From Octopus vulgaris (lineage: Eukaryota): DNA of 64,000 bases. The stretch covers positions 42,718,001 to 42,782,000 of the forward strand of contig OX597831.1 of assembly GCA_951406725.2 (NCBI GenBank). Direction: 5' to 3'. Shown piece by piece: positions 52,278 through 64,000 of this stretch. Position 1 is the stretch's first letter, and the number at the start of each line of letters is the position of its first letter. The notes beneath the pieces were generated by a model that had not been told where the DNA came from, made no database searches, and worked only from the letters and a program-made list of their open reading frames with translations. A program made the position numbers and the translations under genes.

Positions 52278-52729
52278 TAGTGAGAGAGAGAGAGGGGGGG
52301 GAGATTAATCAACTCCAGATTTTGATTGGTATTTTATTTATCTCCTTCGAAAGGATGAAAAGAAAAGTTGGCCTAGGTGAGAGGCAAACTCAGAGAGCAG
52401 AGAGCTAGAACGATTACCGCAAAGCTTTTTATCTGACGCTCTAACGGCTCTGCTAAGCTACAACATTTCTTACGTAATCAGCGTCAATACCATAACACAT
52501 TCAACATATCATCGACAATTCACACATGTCATATTTTACACCATTGCCATCCAATAATTTTAACACAATCCACACAGAACAAGCTTCATGCAATCACAAC
52601 CTGACAAAATCACGTATAGCGTATAACACTCGCAACACATAAGAAATACAATAACCAGCCAACAAAGTAACAACGCAGCTGGCATTGGGTATATTCTACA
52701 ACGACAAACTGATGTTACACTAAAATATA

Positions 52730-53102
52730 GTGGCGCTCGGTCAGTTACGACGACGAGGGTTCCAGTTGATCCGATCAACGGAACAAGACTGCTCGTGAAT
52801 TTAATGTGCAAGTGGCTGAGCATTCTACAGACACGTGTACCCTTAATGTAGTTCTCGGGGAGATTCAGCGTGACACAGAGTGTGACAAGACTGGTCCTTT
52901 GAAATACAGATACAACAGAAGCAGGAAGAAAGAGTGAGAGAAAGTTTTGATGAAATAGTACAGCAGGGCTCGCCACCATCCCCTGCCGGAACCTCGTGGA
53001 GTTTCAGGTGTTTTCGCTCAATAAACACTCACAACGCCCGGTCTGGGGAATCGAAGCCACGATCCTACAACCGCGAGTCCGCTGCTCTAACCACTAGGCC
53101 AT
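52730..53102 (-). mobile_element. SINE family C
   Basis: Colinear with the other C copies. Confidence 0.9.
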
Positions 53103-53336
53103 AACATCACAGACAATGCAAAACATAACCCCACGACAAATCAGAATTGATGAAGCATTCAAACACAATCCTCCATCTTGTTCCGGCCCAACCAAACAAA
53201 AGAAAGATATGACAATACTGAAACACATATGGAACACCTGGCGACGCAAATTGTGCTGCAGTAGTAACTCGCATGAAATTGACGAAAACATGGAGTTCGT
53301 GACCATATTGTTTCTAATTTAATAATAATAATAATG

Positions 53337-53399
<63 letters not shown>

Positions 53400-53456
53400 T
53401 TTTACCCCAGTGTCACTTTGATGGCATGAACTGCTCTCTCACTCAATAATAATAAT

Positions 53457-53761
53457 CTGGGAATGATAGCAAAAGGGGCTGATAGCTACCTAACTCAGAT
53501 ACCAGGAAACCCCAAAATGGCAGAAATTCAAAAGATAGTGCTCATGGGAACTGCTCATATCCTACGCAAAATACTTTCTATGTAATCTCAAGGTTTAAAA
53601 CAAACATTTTTTTTTTAGACATCCACCAGTACAACACAAAAAACAACCAAATATATGGCACACTAGGCATAACAACAACGTGAACTTCCAACCCGTTGTC
53701 TCTTGCGGTCTCTGGGTGAGACTTGGAGCCAACTTGTACAAATATAAAGCAAAAGTCAAAC

Positions 53762-53762
<1 letters not shown>
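53457..53762 (+). mobile_element. young 5'-truncated R4/Dong-clade LINE 3' end
   Basis: Open frame LGMIAKGADSYLTQIPGNPKMAEIQKIVLMGTAHILRKILSM-stop, 3' UTR, (TAA)n on both sides; preceded by a ~50-bp family E 3' end (53398-53447). Confidence 0.88.
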
Positions 53763-53849
<87 letters not shown>

Positions 53850-54368
53850 TCCTACTATAGGCACAAGGTATGAAATTTTTGGGAAAGGGGGCTTGTCTAT
53901 TACATTGACCCCAGTGCGTACCTACTACTTATTTTATTGACCTCCAAAGGTTGAAAGCAAAGTTGACCTCAGCGGAATTTGAACACAGAAACATAGAGAC
54001 AGACGAAATGCTGGTAGCCACTTTGTCCGGCGTGCTAACATTCCTGCCTAGTTTCGCCGCCTTGATGATGATGATGATGATAATAATAATAATAATAATA
54101 ATAATAGTTTATACTATAGGGAAAATGCCTGAAATTTCGGAGGAGGAGATAAGTAGGTTAGACTGACCCCAGTACTCAGCTGATATTTATTTTATTAACC
54201 CCGAAAGAATGAAAGGCAAAGTCGACGTCGGCGGAATTTGAATTCAGAACGTGAAGCCAAACGAAATTCTGCTAAGCATTTTGCTCGACATGCTAACGAT
54301 TCTGCCAAATCACCGCCGTAACACTAATAATAATTAACATAATAATAATAATAATAACAATAATAATA

Positions 54369-54426
<58 letters not shown>

Positions 54427-54593
54427 CCTTTCTACTATAGACACAACGCCTCAACTGGTACTTAATTTATCGACCCCGAAATGATGAAAGGAACAGTCGA
54501 CCTCGGCGGAATTTGAACCCCAGAACGTAAAGACGGACGAAATGCCGCTAAGCATTTTGCCCGGCGTGCTAACGATTCTGCCAGCTCGCCGTC

Positions 54594-54679
<86 letters not shown>

Positions 54680-54875
54680 AAGAATTCGTTCTACTATAAG
54701 CACAAGGCCTGAGATTTTTGTGGTTGATTACATCGGCTTCAGTGCTCAACTGGTACTTATGTTATCAACCCTGAAATGGGGGAAGGCAAACTCGACTACA
54801 GTGGACATAAAACGCCGAAAGAAATGTCGCTACGCATTTCACCCGGCTTGCCAACGATTCTGCCAGTTCGCCGCC
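53850..54875 (-). mobile_element. four co-oriented family A2 SINEs separated by (TAA)n/(GAA)n
   Basis: Units at about 53850-54062, 54110-54320, 54427-54595 and 54686-54875. Confidence 0.88.
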
Positions 54876-55151
54876 TGAAAGATGATGGTGATGATGATGA
54901 TGATAATGATGATGATGATTATGATGATGATGATGAGGAGGAGGAGGAGGAGGATGATGATGATGATGATGATGAGGAGGAGGAGGAGGAGGAGGAGGAG
55001 GAATTCAATTATTAGCAAAGGGGTTATGTGATGGAAGATTACTTTCATCTTCAATAATAACATGCCTTTATTATTTGCCAGAGGGGTGACGAATGCGAGA
55101 ACAATAGGACAAATTACAAAGATACTGAACAATTTTCAGGATTGAGTTATG

Positions 55152-55214
<63 letters not shown>

Positions 55215-55619
55215 GCACAAGAACCAGAAACACAACAGTATAAACACAAAACGAGAAATGAAAGTGAACACATGTTCGAACAGGGATTTAATTTAGCTTA
55301 CGTCAGAATATGAAGTTTATATCATACAACCCATGGTAAGACCCAGACGGGTTGGTATCAAAAAAGTTAATCTTGTCTTGCTACACTACTTCAGTTGTCA
55401 GTCACCAGGCAGAGCATAACTACCTACACTTCCCGACCAAAAGAGTGTAGTGGAGTACGCCTCACGAAGGACTCGGCTTGATAGCCATATACGGCCGACA
55501 CACGACAACAGCTGTTCGACAAAATTCCACATATACGCATTGTTTAGACATTGCAGGAATGCATGCAGAAAGTTTTCGTCGTTCTACGTGCATCTCGAAC
55601 AGGTCGGGCTGAGAGTATT

Positions 55620-56048
55620 TTCGTGGCAGAAGCGTTAGAACGTCGGGCAAAATTCTTAGCCGGCATTTCGTCCGTCTTCATGTTCTGAGTTCGAATTCCG
55701 CCGAATTCGACTTTGCCTTTCATTCTTTCGGGGTCGATAAAATAAGTACCAGTTGAGTACTGGGGTCTATGGAATCGACTTACCCCTTCCTCCGAAATCG
55801 CTGAACTTGAACAAAAATTTGAAATTATTACTATTATTATTAATATTATTAAAGCGACGGGCTGGCAGAATAGTTAGCATGCCGAGCAAAATACTTAGCG
55901 GTATTTCGTCCAACTGAGTTCAAATGCTGCCGAGGTCCACTTTGCCTTTCGGGGTCGATAAATTAAGTACCAGTAAAACACTGGGATCGATGTGATCGAT
56001 TACCCCCCCCCCCCCAGATTTCAGGCCTTATGCCTATAGTAGAATGGA
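55620..56048 (+). mobile_element. two family A2 SINEs with (TTA)n tails
   Basis: Heads near 55622 and 55852. Confidence 0.88.
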
Positions 56049-56051
56049 TTA

Positions 56052-56118
<67 letters not shown>

Positions 56119-56134
56119 CATCATTATTATTTCA

Positions 56135-56470
56135 TAAGAAAGAAAGGTGTTTCATAGGTCAGCATTTTACAAAGATTCTCAAACTGAAGATTTGGCCCGA
56201 ATGTCTGCAACAGAGTGAGTTCTACTAAGGAACACAATACAGGCTCAGGGAACTTTTACTTTCAGGACAAGTGTAGGACAATATTAGACAAAGATGCAAG
56301 TTAGACATCGAAGATTCAAGGTTCAGTCATTAAACATCAGGCACGCATCAGACATCAAATCGAACCCATATCAGAGATAAATATAAAGCTGCAATACTTC
56401 CAAACCTATCAAAGGATTTCAAGAAGTTATCCATAGTACTTGGGCTGAAAGTTAACCTAGAAGGGGAAAA
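56135..56470 (+). mobile_element. possible highly decayed RTE-like LINE fragment
   Basis: SNRTHIRDKYKAAILPNL resembles the RTE post-RT motif TK..Y.A.VL..LLYG; heavily frameshifted. Confidence 0.3.
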
Positions 56471-56842
56471 CTCAATTTATTATATTCGAAGTCCAGAATC
56501 ATCTCCCCGAGATCGTCGTTGCTCTTTTTATCCATAGATACCCAGAGTTGATGTCCAGCGGGTTACATCGCTCAACCGCTAAATAATAATACTGATTTTT
56601 TTTTTTATGCTACTGTTACAGGGCAGTGAAGGTGGATGTCAATCCCACTTCACCGCACGTTATGACATCCAATGGAGACGCATGTCCACGTACTTTCGTG
56701 ATAGAAAACACCTAATGATTATTTATCGATTTCGGGACAACATTGGCATGTTTTTAATTTATCATATAATCTCGTCGGAAGAGTGAAGGGGCAAAGTTGA
56801 CGCCGATGAAATTAGGACTAATTAGCAATAAAAATGTTAGTA

Positions 56843-56915
<73 letters not shown>

Positions 56916-57324
56916 CGACGACGGTGGTGGTGGTGACGAATGACGGTGGCGACGGTGAGAATCACAATGGCGTTGGTGGTAGAAAAGGTGGGGGACAACG
57001 CAGAAGCAGAGCATGAAAACATATGGAATTGTCATTCGTGATTTCCACAGTATAAACATCTGATGTATAATGTGGGTGTATGACGGATATATAAATGTAT
57101 ACATTGATGTCTCTACGTGCGGGTGTATAAATATACGTCAGGTCTGTCTTTGTCTCTTTCTCTCTCCCTCCCCCCTCTCTCTCTCACACACTCTCTCATC
57201 TCTCTCGTCCTCTACCTCTCTCTCTCTCTCCCTCTCTCTGTATCTTCGGTCAATTTATCGATCGATCACTCAATCAATTAATCAGTCACTCAGTCTCTCC
57301 CCCTTTCTCTCTCTCTCTCCCGCT

Positions 57325-57833
<509 letters not shown>

Positions 57834-58330
57834 TATGTCTCTACTCAGAATTTGTTGTTATTCTCCTCGGAAATGTGTGTGTGTGTGTGTGTGTATTGAT
57901 GCATATGTGTGAGTGTGTGTGTGTAAGAGAGAGAGAGAGAAAGACAGAGAAAGAGAGAGTGCAAGAGGTAAGAGAAATATTAACGAACAGTCTTATAGCA
58001 ATAGATATTTATGTGTGTGTATGTGCGCGTGCGTGTGTGTATATATATATATATACACACATACACATACTTCCATATATTTATATACATACATATATAT
58101 GTATATACATAATATACATATATACATAATATACATATATATATATATACATTATACATAATACATATAACACACACACACATATATATATATACATACA
58201 TATATATATATACATACATACATATATATATATATTTATACACAACACACATACAATATATATGTGTGTGTATGCCATCGCGCGTGTATAAATGAGTGTT
58301 TATAGTAAATATATGCATAAGTATATATAT

Positions 58331-58885
58331 ATTCTTTTCTACTCTAGGCAAAGGGCCCAAAATTTTGAGGAATGGGGGCCAGTCGATTAGATCGACTCCA
58401 GTACGCAACTGGTACTTAATTTATCGACCCCGAAAGGATGAAAGTCAAAGTCGACCTCGGCGAAATTTGAACTCAGAACGTAGCGGCAGACGAAATACCT
58501 ATTTCTTTACTACCCACAAGGGGCTAAACACAGAGAGGACAAACAAGGACAGACAAACGGATTAAGTCGATTATATCGACCCCAGTGCGTAACTGGTACT
58601 TACTTAATCGACCCCGAAAGGAAGAAAGGCAAAGTCGACCTCGGCGGAATTTGAATTCAGAACGTAGCGGCAGACGAAATACCTATTTCTTTACTACCCA
58701 CAAGGGATAAAAACACAGAGGAGACAAACAAGGACAGACAGACGGATTAAGTCGATTATATCGACCCCGAAAAGATGAAAGGCAAAGTCGACCTTGGTAG
58801 AATTTGAACTCAGAACGTACCGGCAGACGAAATACGGCTACGCATTTCGCCCGGCGTGCTAACGTTTCTGCCAGCTCGCCGCCTT
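58331..58885 (-). mobile_element. family A trimer (two A1 units joined into an A2 unit)
   Basis: Junction GACGAAATACCTATTTCTTTAC near 58489 and 58672. Confidence 0.93.
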
Positions 58886-58904
58886 GCATAAGTATATATT
58901 AAAT

Positions 58905-59283
58905 CGTCGTCGTGGCACTCCGTCGGTTACGGCAACGAGGGTTCCAGTTGCTCCGATCAACGGAACAGCCTGCTCGTGAAATTAACGTATAAGTGGCTGA
59001 GCACTCCACAGACACGTGCGCCCTTAATGTAGTTCTCGGGGAGATTCAACGTAACACAGTGTGAGACAAGGCTGGCCCTTTGAAATACAGGTACAACAGA
59101 AACAAGAAGTAAGAGTGAGAGAAAGTTGTGGTGATAGAGTACAGTAGAGTTCGCCACCACTAACTCTTCGAGCTTTAGGTGTTTTCGCTCAATAAACACT
59201 CACAACGCCTGGTCTAGGAAACAAAACCGCGATCCCACGACTGCGAGTCCGCTGCCCTAACCACTGGGCCATTGCACCTCCAC
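58905..59283 (-). mobile_element. full-length SINE family C
   Basis: Perfect 11-bp target site duplication ATATATTAAAT (58894-58904 / 59284-59294); (CGA)n tail. Confidence 0.93.
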
Positions 59284-59698
59284 ATATATTAAATACATAT
59301 ACAAGAATGTCTGTATGAATATATGTGTATGTTTGTCGTGTCCGCGCGTGTGTGTATGCATGTGTTTGTGTGCAAAGCTGTATGTTCTTTTTTATTTGCT
59401 GGGTTCAGTTGTTTGTGTGCGTGGCCATGCTGGGGCATCGCTTTCAAAGGTTCAGTCGAAAATTTATCGCAAGTCTGACATATTCCGGAACATAGAAAGA
59501 CACATGATAAGCGTGTTTGTGTGAAAAGCCGGTGTTTATCATGTGTCTTTAAATATACATATATGACGGGGACAAGATATTTGTCACTTCGAAGGTATAA
59601 TATAATAGAATATAGGTCCTACACAGTGGGATCGAACTCAGAAGCACGCGTTTACGAAGCAAACTTCTTAACCATATAGCCATGCTTGCAAACCATAT

Positions 59699-59748
<50 letters not shown>

Positions 59749-60381
59749 TATGTATGAGAGTATGTATGTATTTATGCGTGTGTATGTTTGTAGAGAGGAG
59801 CATAGATTAATTGATAGACAGATAGATACATACACACACACACACACACATACTCACACACACACACATACACACACATACTCACACACACATATCCACA
59901 CACGCACACACACGCTTGCAAATATATACGTAGGTAAATTTGCGTTTGTGTGTGAATGTATGTATACATATGTGTGCGTGTGTGTATAATTATATATATA
60001 TATATATACACACTGTATATTTGTAATATAAACATGCGTTTAACAAAGTAATGTACAGGAAAATGAAAATAAAACAAAACCAAAAGAAATAAAAAAAAAA
60101 TCTAATCACACATACACGCACGGAGAATTCAAGCGTACACAAAAACACAGATTTTTCTCGTACATCAATTCTTCGTACAGAATAATAATAAACCAACATA
60201 TATATGTATGTATGTATGTATATATATATATATATTTCACCAACCTGTATCTTCTGTCCCATATGGACGGTTTTAGAGAAAACTTTTGAGTGGAATAGCA
60301 AAATATACCAATATCATGAAAAAATGACTGATACCACGACGATTATAAAAGGGGATGGGGCATGTCAGAGAGTGAGTGAGT

Positions 60382-60416
<35 letters not shown>

Positions 60417-60445
60417 CAAGGGTGAGAGAGAGAGAGAGAGAGCAA

Positions 60446-60476
<31 letters not shown>

Positions 60477-60927
60477 GGGGTTGTGGGAGGTGTTTATCTG
60501 TTTTTGCGATATTTCATTGCGGGGGTGTGGTGGTTGTAGGTGGCAAAATTGCAGTTGTGTTCGCGGTGTGGTACAGTGCATCGGATTTGATCGTTATGGG
60601 AGGAGGAAGGGAGGGGGGGGCAGTGAAATGGCCATTAAGAAGACGAAGAAGAACAACAACAACAACAAGGAAAAGAACACACACACACACACATACATAC
60701 ATACATACATACATACATACATACATACATACACACATACACACACACATACATACATACATACATACATACATACATACATACATACACACATACACAC
60801 ACACACACATACATACATACATACATACATACATACATACATACATACATACAGACGTAAAGCACATACTGCAACACATTAGTTCATTCATTCATTTACA
60901 CACACACACACACACACACTCACACAC

Positions 60928-60958
<31 letters not shown>

Positions 60959-60960
60959 TA

Positions 60961-61120
60961 GCCTTTAGTCGAGAAAATTGATCCCCAGGACTTATTCTTT
61001 GGAAGCCTAGTACTTATTTTATCGGTGTCTTTAGCGGAACCGCTAAGTTATGGGGACGTAAACACACCACCCTCCGTTGTCAAGCGATGTAGGGGGACAA
61101 ACACACACACACACACACAT

Positions 61121-61173
<53 letters not shown>

Positions 61174-61556
61174 CATATATACGACGGGCTTCTTTCAGTT
61201 TCCGTCTACCAAATCCACTCACAAGGCTTTGGTCGGCCCGAGGCTATAGTAGAAGACACCTGCCCAAGGTGCCATGCAATGAGAATGAACCCGGAACCAT
61301 GTGGTTGGTGAGCAAGCTACTTACCACACAGCCACTTGTTTTAGTCATTGAATTGCAGCTATGCTGAGGCACCGCCTTGAAGAATTCCAGTCGTTATCGA
61401 AATCGATCCTACTATGTATTTATTTAGATTGAGGCTGGTACTTACTTTATCGGCTGCTTATGTCGAACCCCTAAGCTATAGGGACATAAACATAACAACA
61501 CCGGTTCTTAAGCGGCGGTGGGGGTATATCACGGACACAAAGATAAATACCCACCA

Positions 61557-61605
<49 letters not shown>

Positions 61606-62773
61606 CATACATACAAATATGCGACGGGCTTCTTTTAGTTTCCGTCTATCAAATCCACTCATAAGGCTTTGGCCGGCCCTTGGGTACAGCCAGAAGACAC
61701 TTGTACATGGTGGCACACAGTAGGACTGAACCTGAAACCATGTAATTGGGAAGCAAATTTCTTGCCACCCATGCATGCATGTATGTATGTATGTATGTAT
61801 GTATGTATGTATGTATGTATGTATGTATGTATTATGTATGCATGCATGCATGCATGCATGCATGTATGTATGTATGTATGTATGTATGTATGTATGTATG
61901 TATGTATGTATGTATGTACGTACGTATGTATGTATGTATTTATATATGTATGTATGTATGTATTTATGTATGTATGTATGTATGTATATATATACACACA
62001 CAGACAGATATACATACATACACGTTGTGTGTATGTATGTACACGCATATGCATATACATACATATATGGGTGGGAGGGTGGTTGCACGTGTATGCGTGA
62101 GTGTATCTTATGGTGGCAAGTTGGCAGAGTGGTTAGAAGCTTGCTTCCCAACCACTTGGTTCTGGGTTCAGTTCCACTGCGTGGCACCTTGGGCAAGTAT
62201 CTTGTACTATACCATCGGGCCGACCAAAACCTTGTGAGTGGATTTGGTAGACGGAAACTGAAAGAAGCCCGTCGTAAATATGTATATGTATTTGTTTGTG
62301 TCTGAATTTGTCCCCCCACCACCATCGCTTCACAACCGATATTGTTGTGTTTGCGCTCCCGTAATCTAGCGGTTCGGGAAAAGAGACCGATATAATAAGT
62401 ACTAGGCTTACAAAGAATAAATCCTGGGGTCGATTTGTTCGACTAAATGTAGTGTTCCAGCATGGACGCAATGAAATGGCTGAATCAAGTAAAAGAATAA
62501 TAGAATATATATATGTGTATATAATATATATACATATATATACTCTTTACTCTTTTACTCTTTTACCTGTTTCAGTCATTTGACTGTGGCCATACTGGAG
62601 CACCGCCTTTAGTCGAGCAAATCGACTCCGGGACTTATTCTTTGTAAGCCCAGTACTTATTCTATCGGTTTCTTTTGCTGAACCGCTAAGTGACGGGAAC
62701 TTAAACACACCAGCATCGGTTGTCAAGCAATGCTAGGTGGACAAACACAGACACACAAACACATACAAACACA

Positions 62774-62819
<46 letters not shown>

Positions 62820-63261
62820 CACACATATACGACAGGCTTTTTCAGTTTCAGTCTACCAAATCCACTCACAAGGCATTGGTCGGCCCGGGGCTATGGCAGA
62901 AGACACTTGCCCAAGATGCCACGCAGTGGGACTGAACCCGGAACCATGTGGTTGGTTAGCAAGTTACTTACTACACAGCCACTCCTGCGTCTATATATAT
63001 ATATATATATGTAAATATATGTATGTATGTATGTATGTATTTATGTATGTATGTATTGATTTACTCTTTTATTTGCTTATTTGTTTCAGTCATTTGACTG
63101 CGGCCATCCTAGAGCACCACTTTTGGTCGAGCAAATTGAGCCCAGGACTTATTCTAACGTTCTCTTTTGCCGAACCGCTAGTTTATGGGGACGAGACGCA
63201 CCAACATCGGTTGTCAAACACAGACACACAAACATATACACATACATACATACATACACAT

Positions 63262-63311
<50 letters not shown>

Positions 63312-63480
63312 GCATATACGAAGGGCTTCTTTCAGTTTTTATCTACCAAATCCACTCATAAGGCATTGGTTGGCCCGAGGCAATAATAGAAGACACTTGC
63401 CTAAGGTGCCACGCAGTAGGACTGAACCCGGAACCATGAGATTGGTAAGCAAACATCTTACCACACAGCCACTCCAGCGC
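60961..63480. mobile_element. cluster of five family B SINEs (60961-61335 minus, 61335-61770 minus, 62120-62500 plus, 62541-62990 minus, 63060-63480 minus)
   Basis: Family B head and tail motifs with internal (CA)n/(TA)n/(ACAT)n. Confidence 0.92.
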
Positions 63481-63654
63481 GTACATATATACATATCATT
63501 TGCCCGTTTACGCAAGGCTTCTCTCTGCCTAGGACCGTTTCAGCTGAAGCTGCTGACAAAACTGGCTGAACGCAAAGTGTGGAACAGCCAAGAGATATCA
63601 CAAGGCATTTTCTGTTAAATGTTCTAATAGTTCTGTCGATGCTCTACCCAGGAT

Positions 63655-63890
63655 TGCAGCGAGCTGGCAGAAACGTTAGCGCGCCGGGCGAAATGCTTAG
63701 CGGTATTTCGTCTGCGTTACGTTGTGAGTTCAAATTCCGCCGAGGTCGACTTTGCCTTTCATCCGTTCGGGGTCGATAAATTAAGTACCAGTCACGCACT
63801 GGGGTCGATGTAATCGACTTAATACCTATGTCTGTCCTTGTTTGTCCCCTCTGTGTTTAGCTCCTTGTGGGTAATAAAGAAATAGGTATA
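63655..63890 (+). mobile_element. family A1 SINE
   Basis: Complete head, core and tail ending AAAGAAATAGGTA. Confidence 0.92.
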
Positions 63891-64000
63891 GTTTTATCGA
63901 TCCCGAAAGGATGCATAAGGAGGTTGACCTCTACACGATTCGAACTCAGAACATAGAGAATCGAAACAAATAGTTCGAAACATTCCATCCAACAGTCTAA

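Noticed and set aside
54889-55000. Acidic poly-D/E protein segment
   Set aside because: (GAT)n/(GAG)n microsatellite adjoining a SINE head

Overview
AT-rich eukaryotic non-coding DNA, very probably from an octopus (coleoid cephalopod). That assignment rests on the extreme microsatellite density and the tRNA-derived SINE families, not on a database match. I can support no intact host protein-coding gene, rRNA, tRNA or CRISPR array; nearly every ORF in the track is translated microsatellite or SINE. The window is a mosaic of: (1) at least six interspersed SINE-like families, labelled A, B, C, D, F and G here (my own labels), that swap heads and tails; (2) decayed R4/Dong-clade non-LTR retrotransposons, plus a ~555-bp non-autonomous element (E) that sits in (TAA)n arrays; (3) a Penelope-like GIY-YIG remnant and several short elements carrying minimal type I hammerhead-ribozyme folds, including one with a fully canonical core (50155-50237, minus) and one with a compensatory G3-C8 core swap (28453-28503); (4) hAT-type MITEs; (5) fold-back palindromes; (6) short unique TAAT-rich islands that look like regulatory DNA, and two or three possible small spliced exons. 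Coordinates were counted by eye, so ends of degenerate repeats are approximate.
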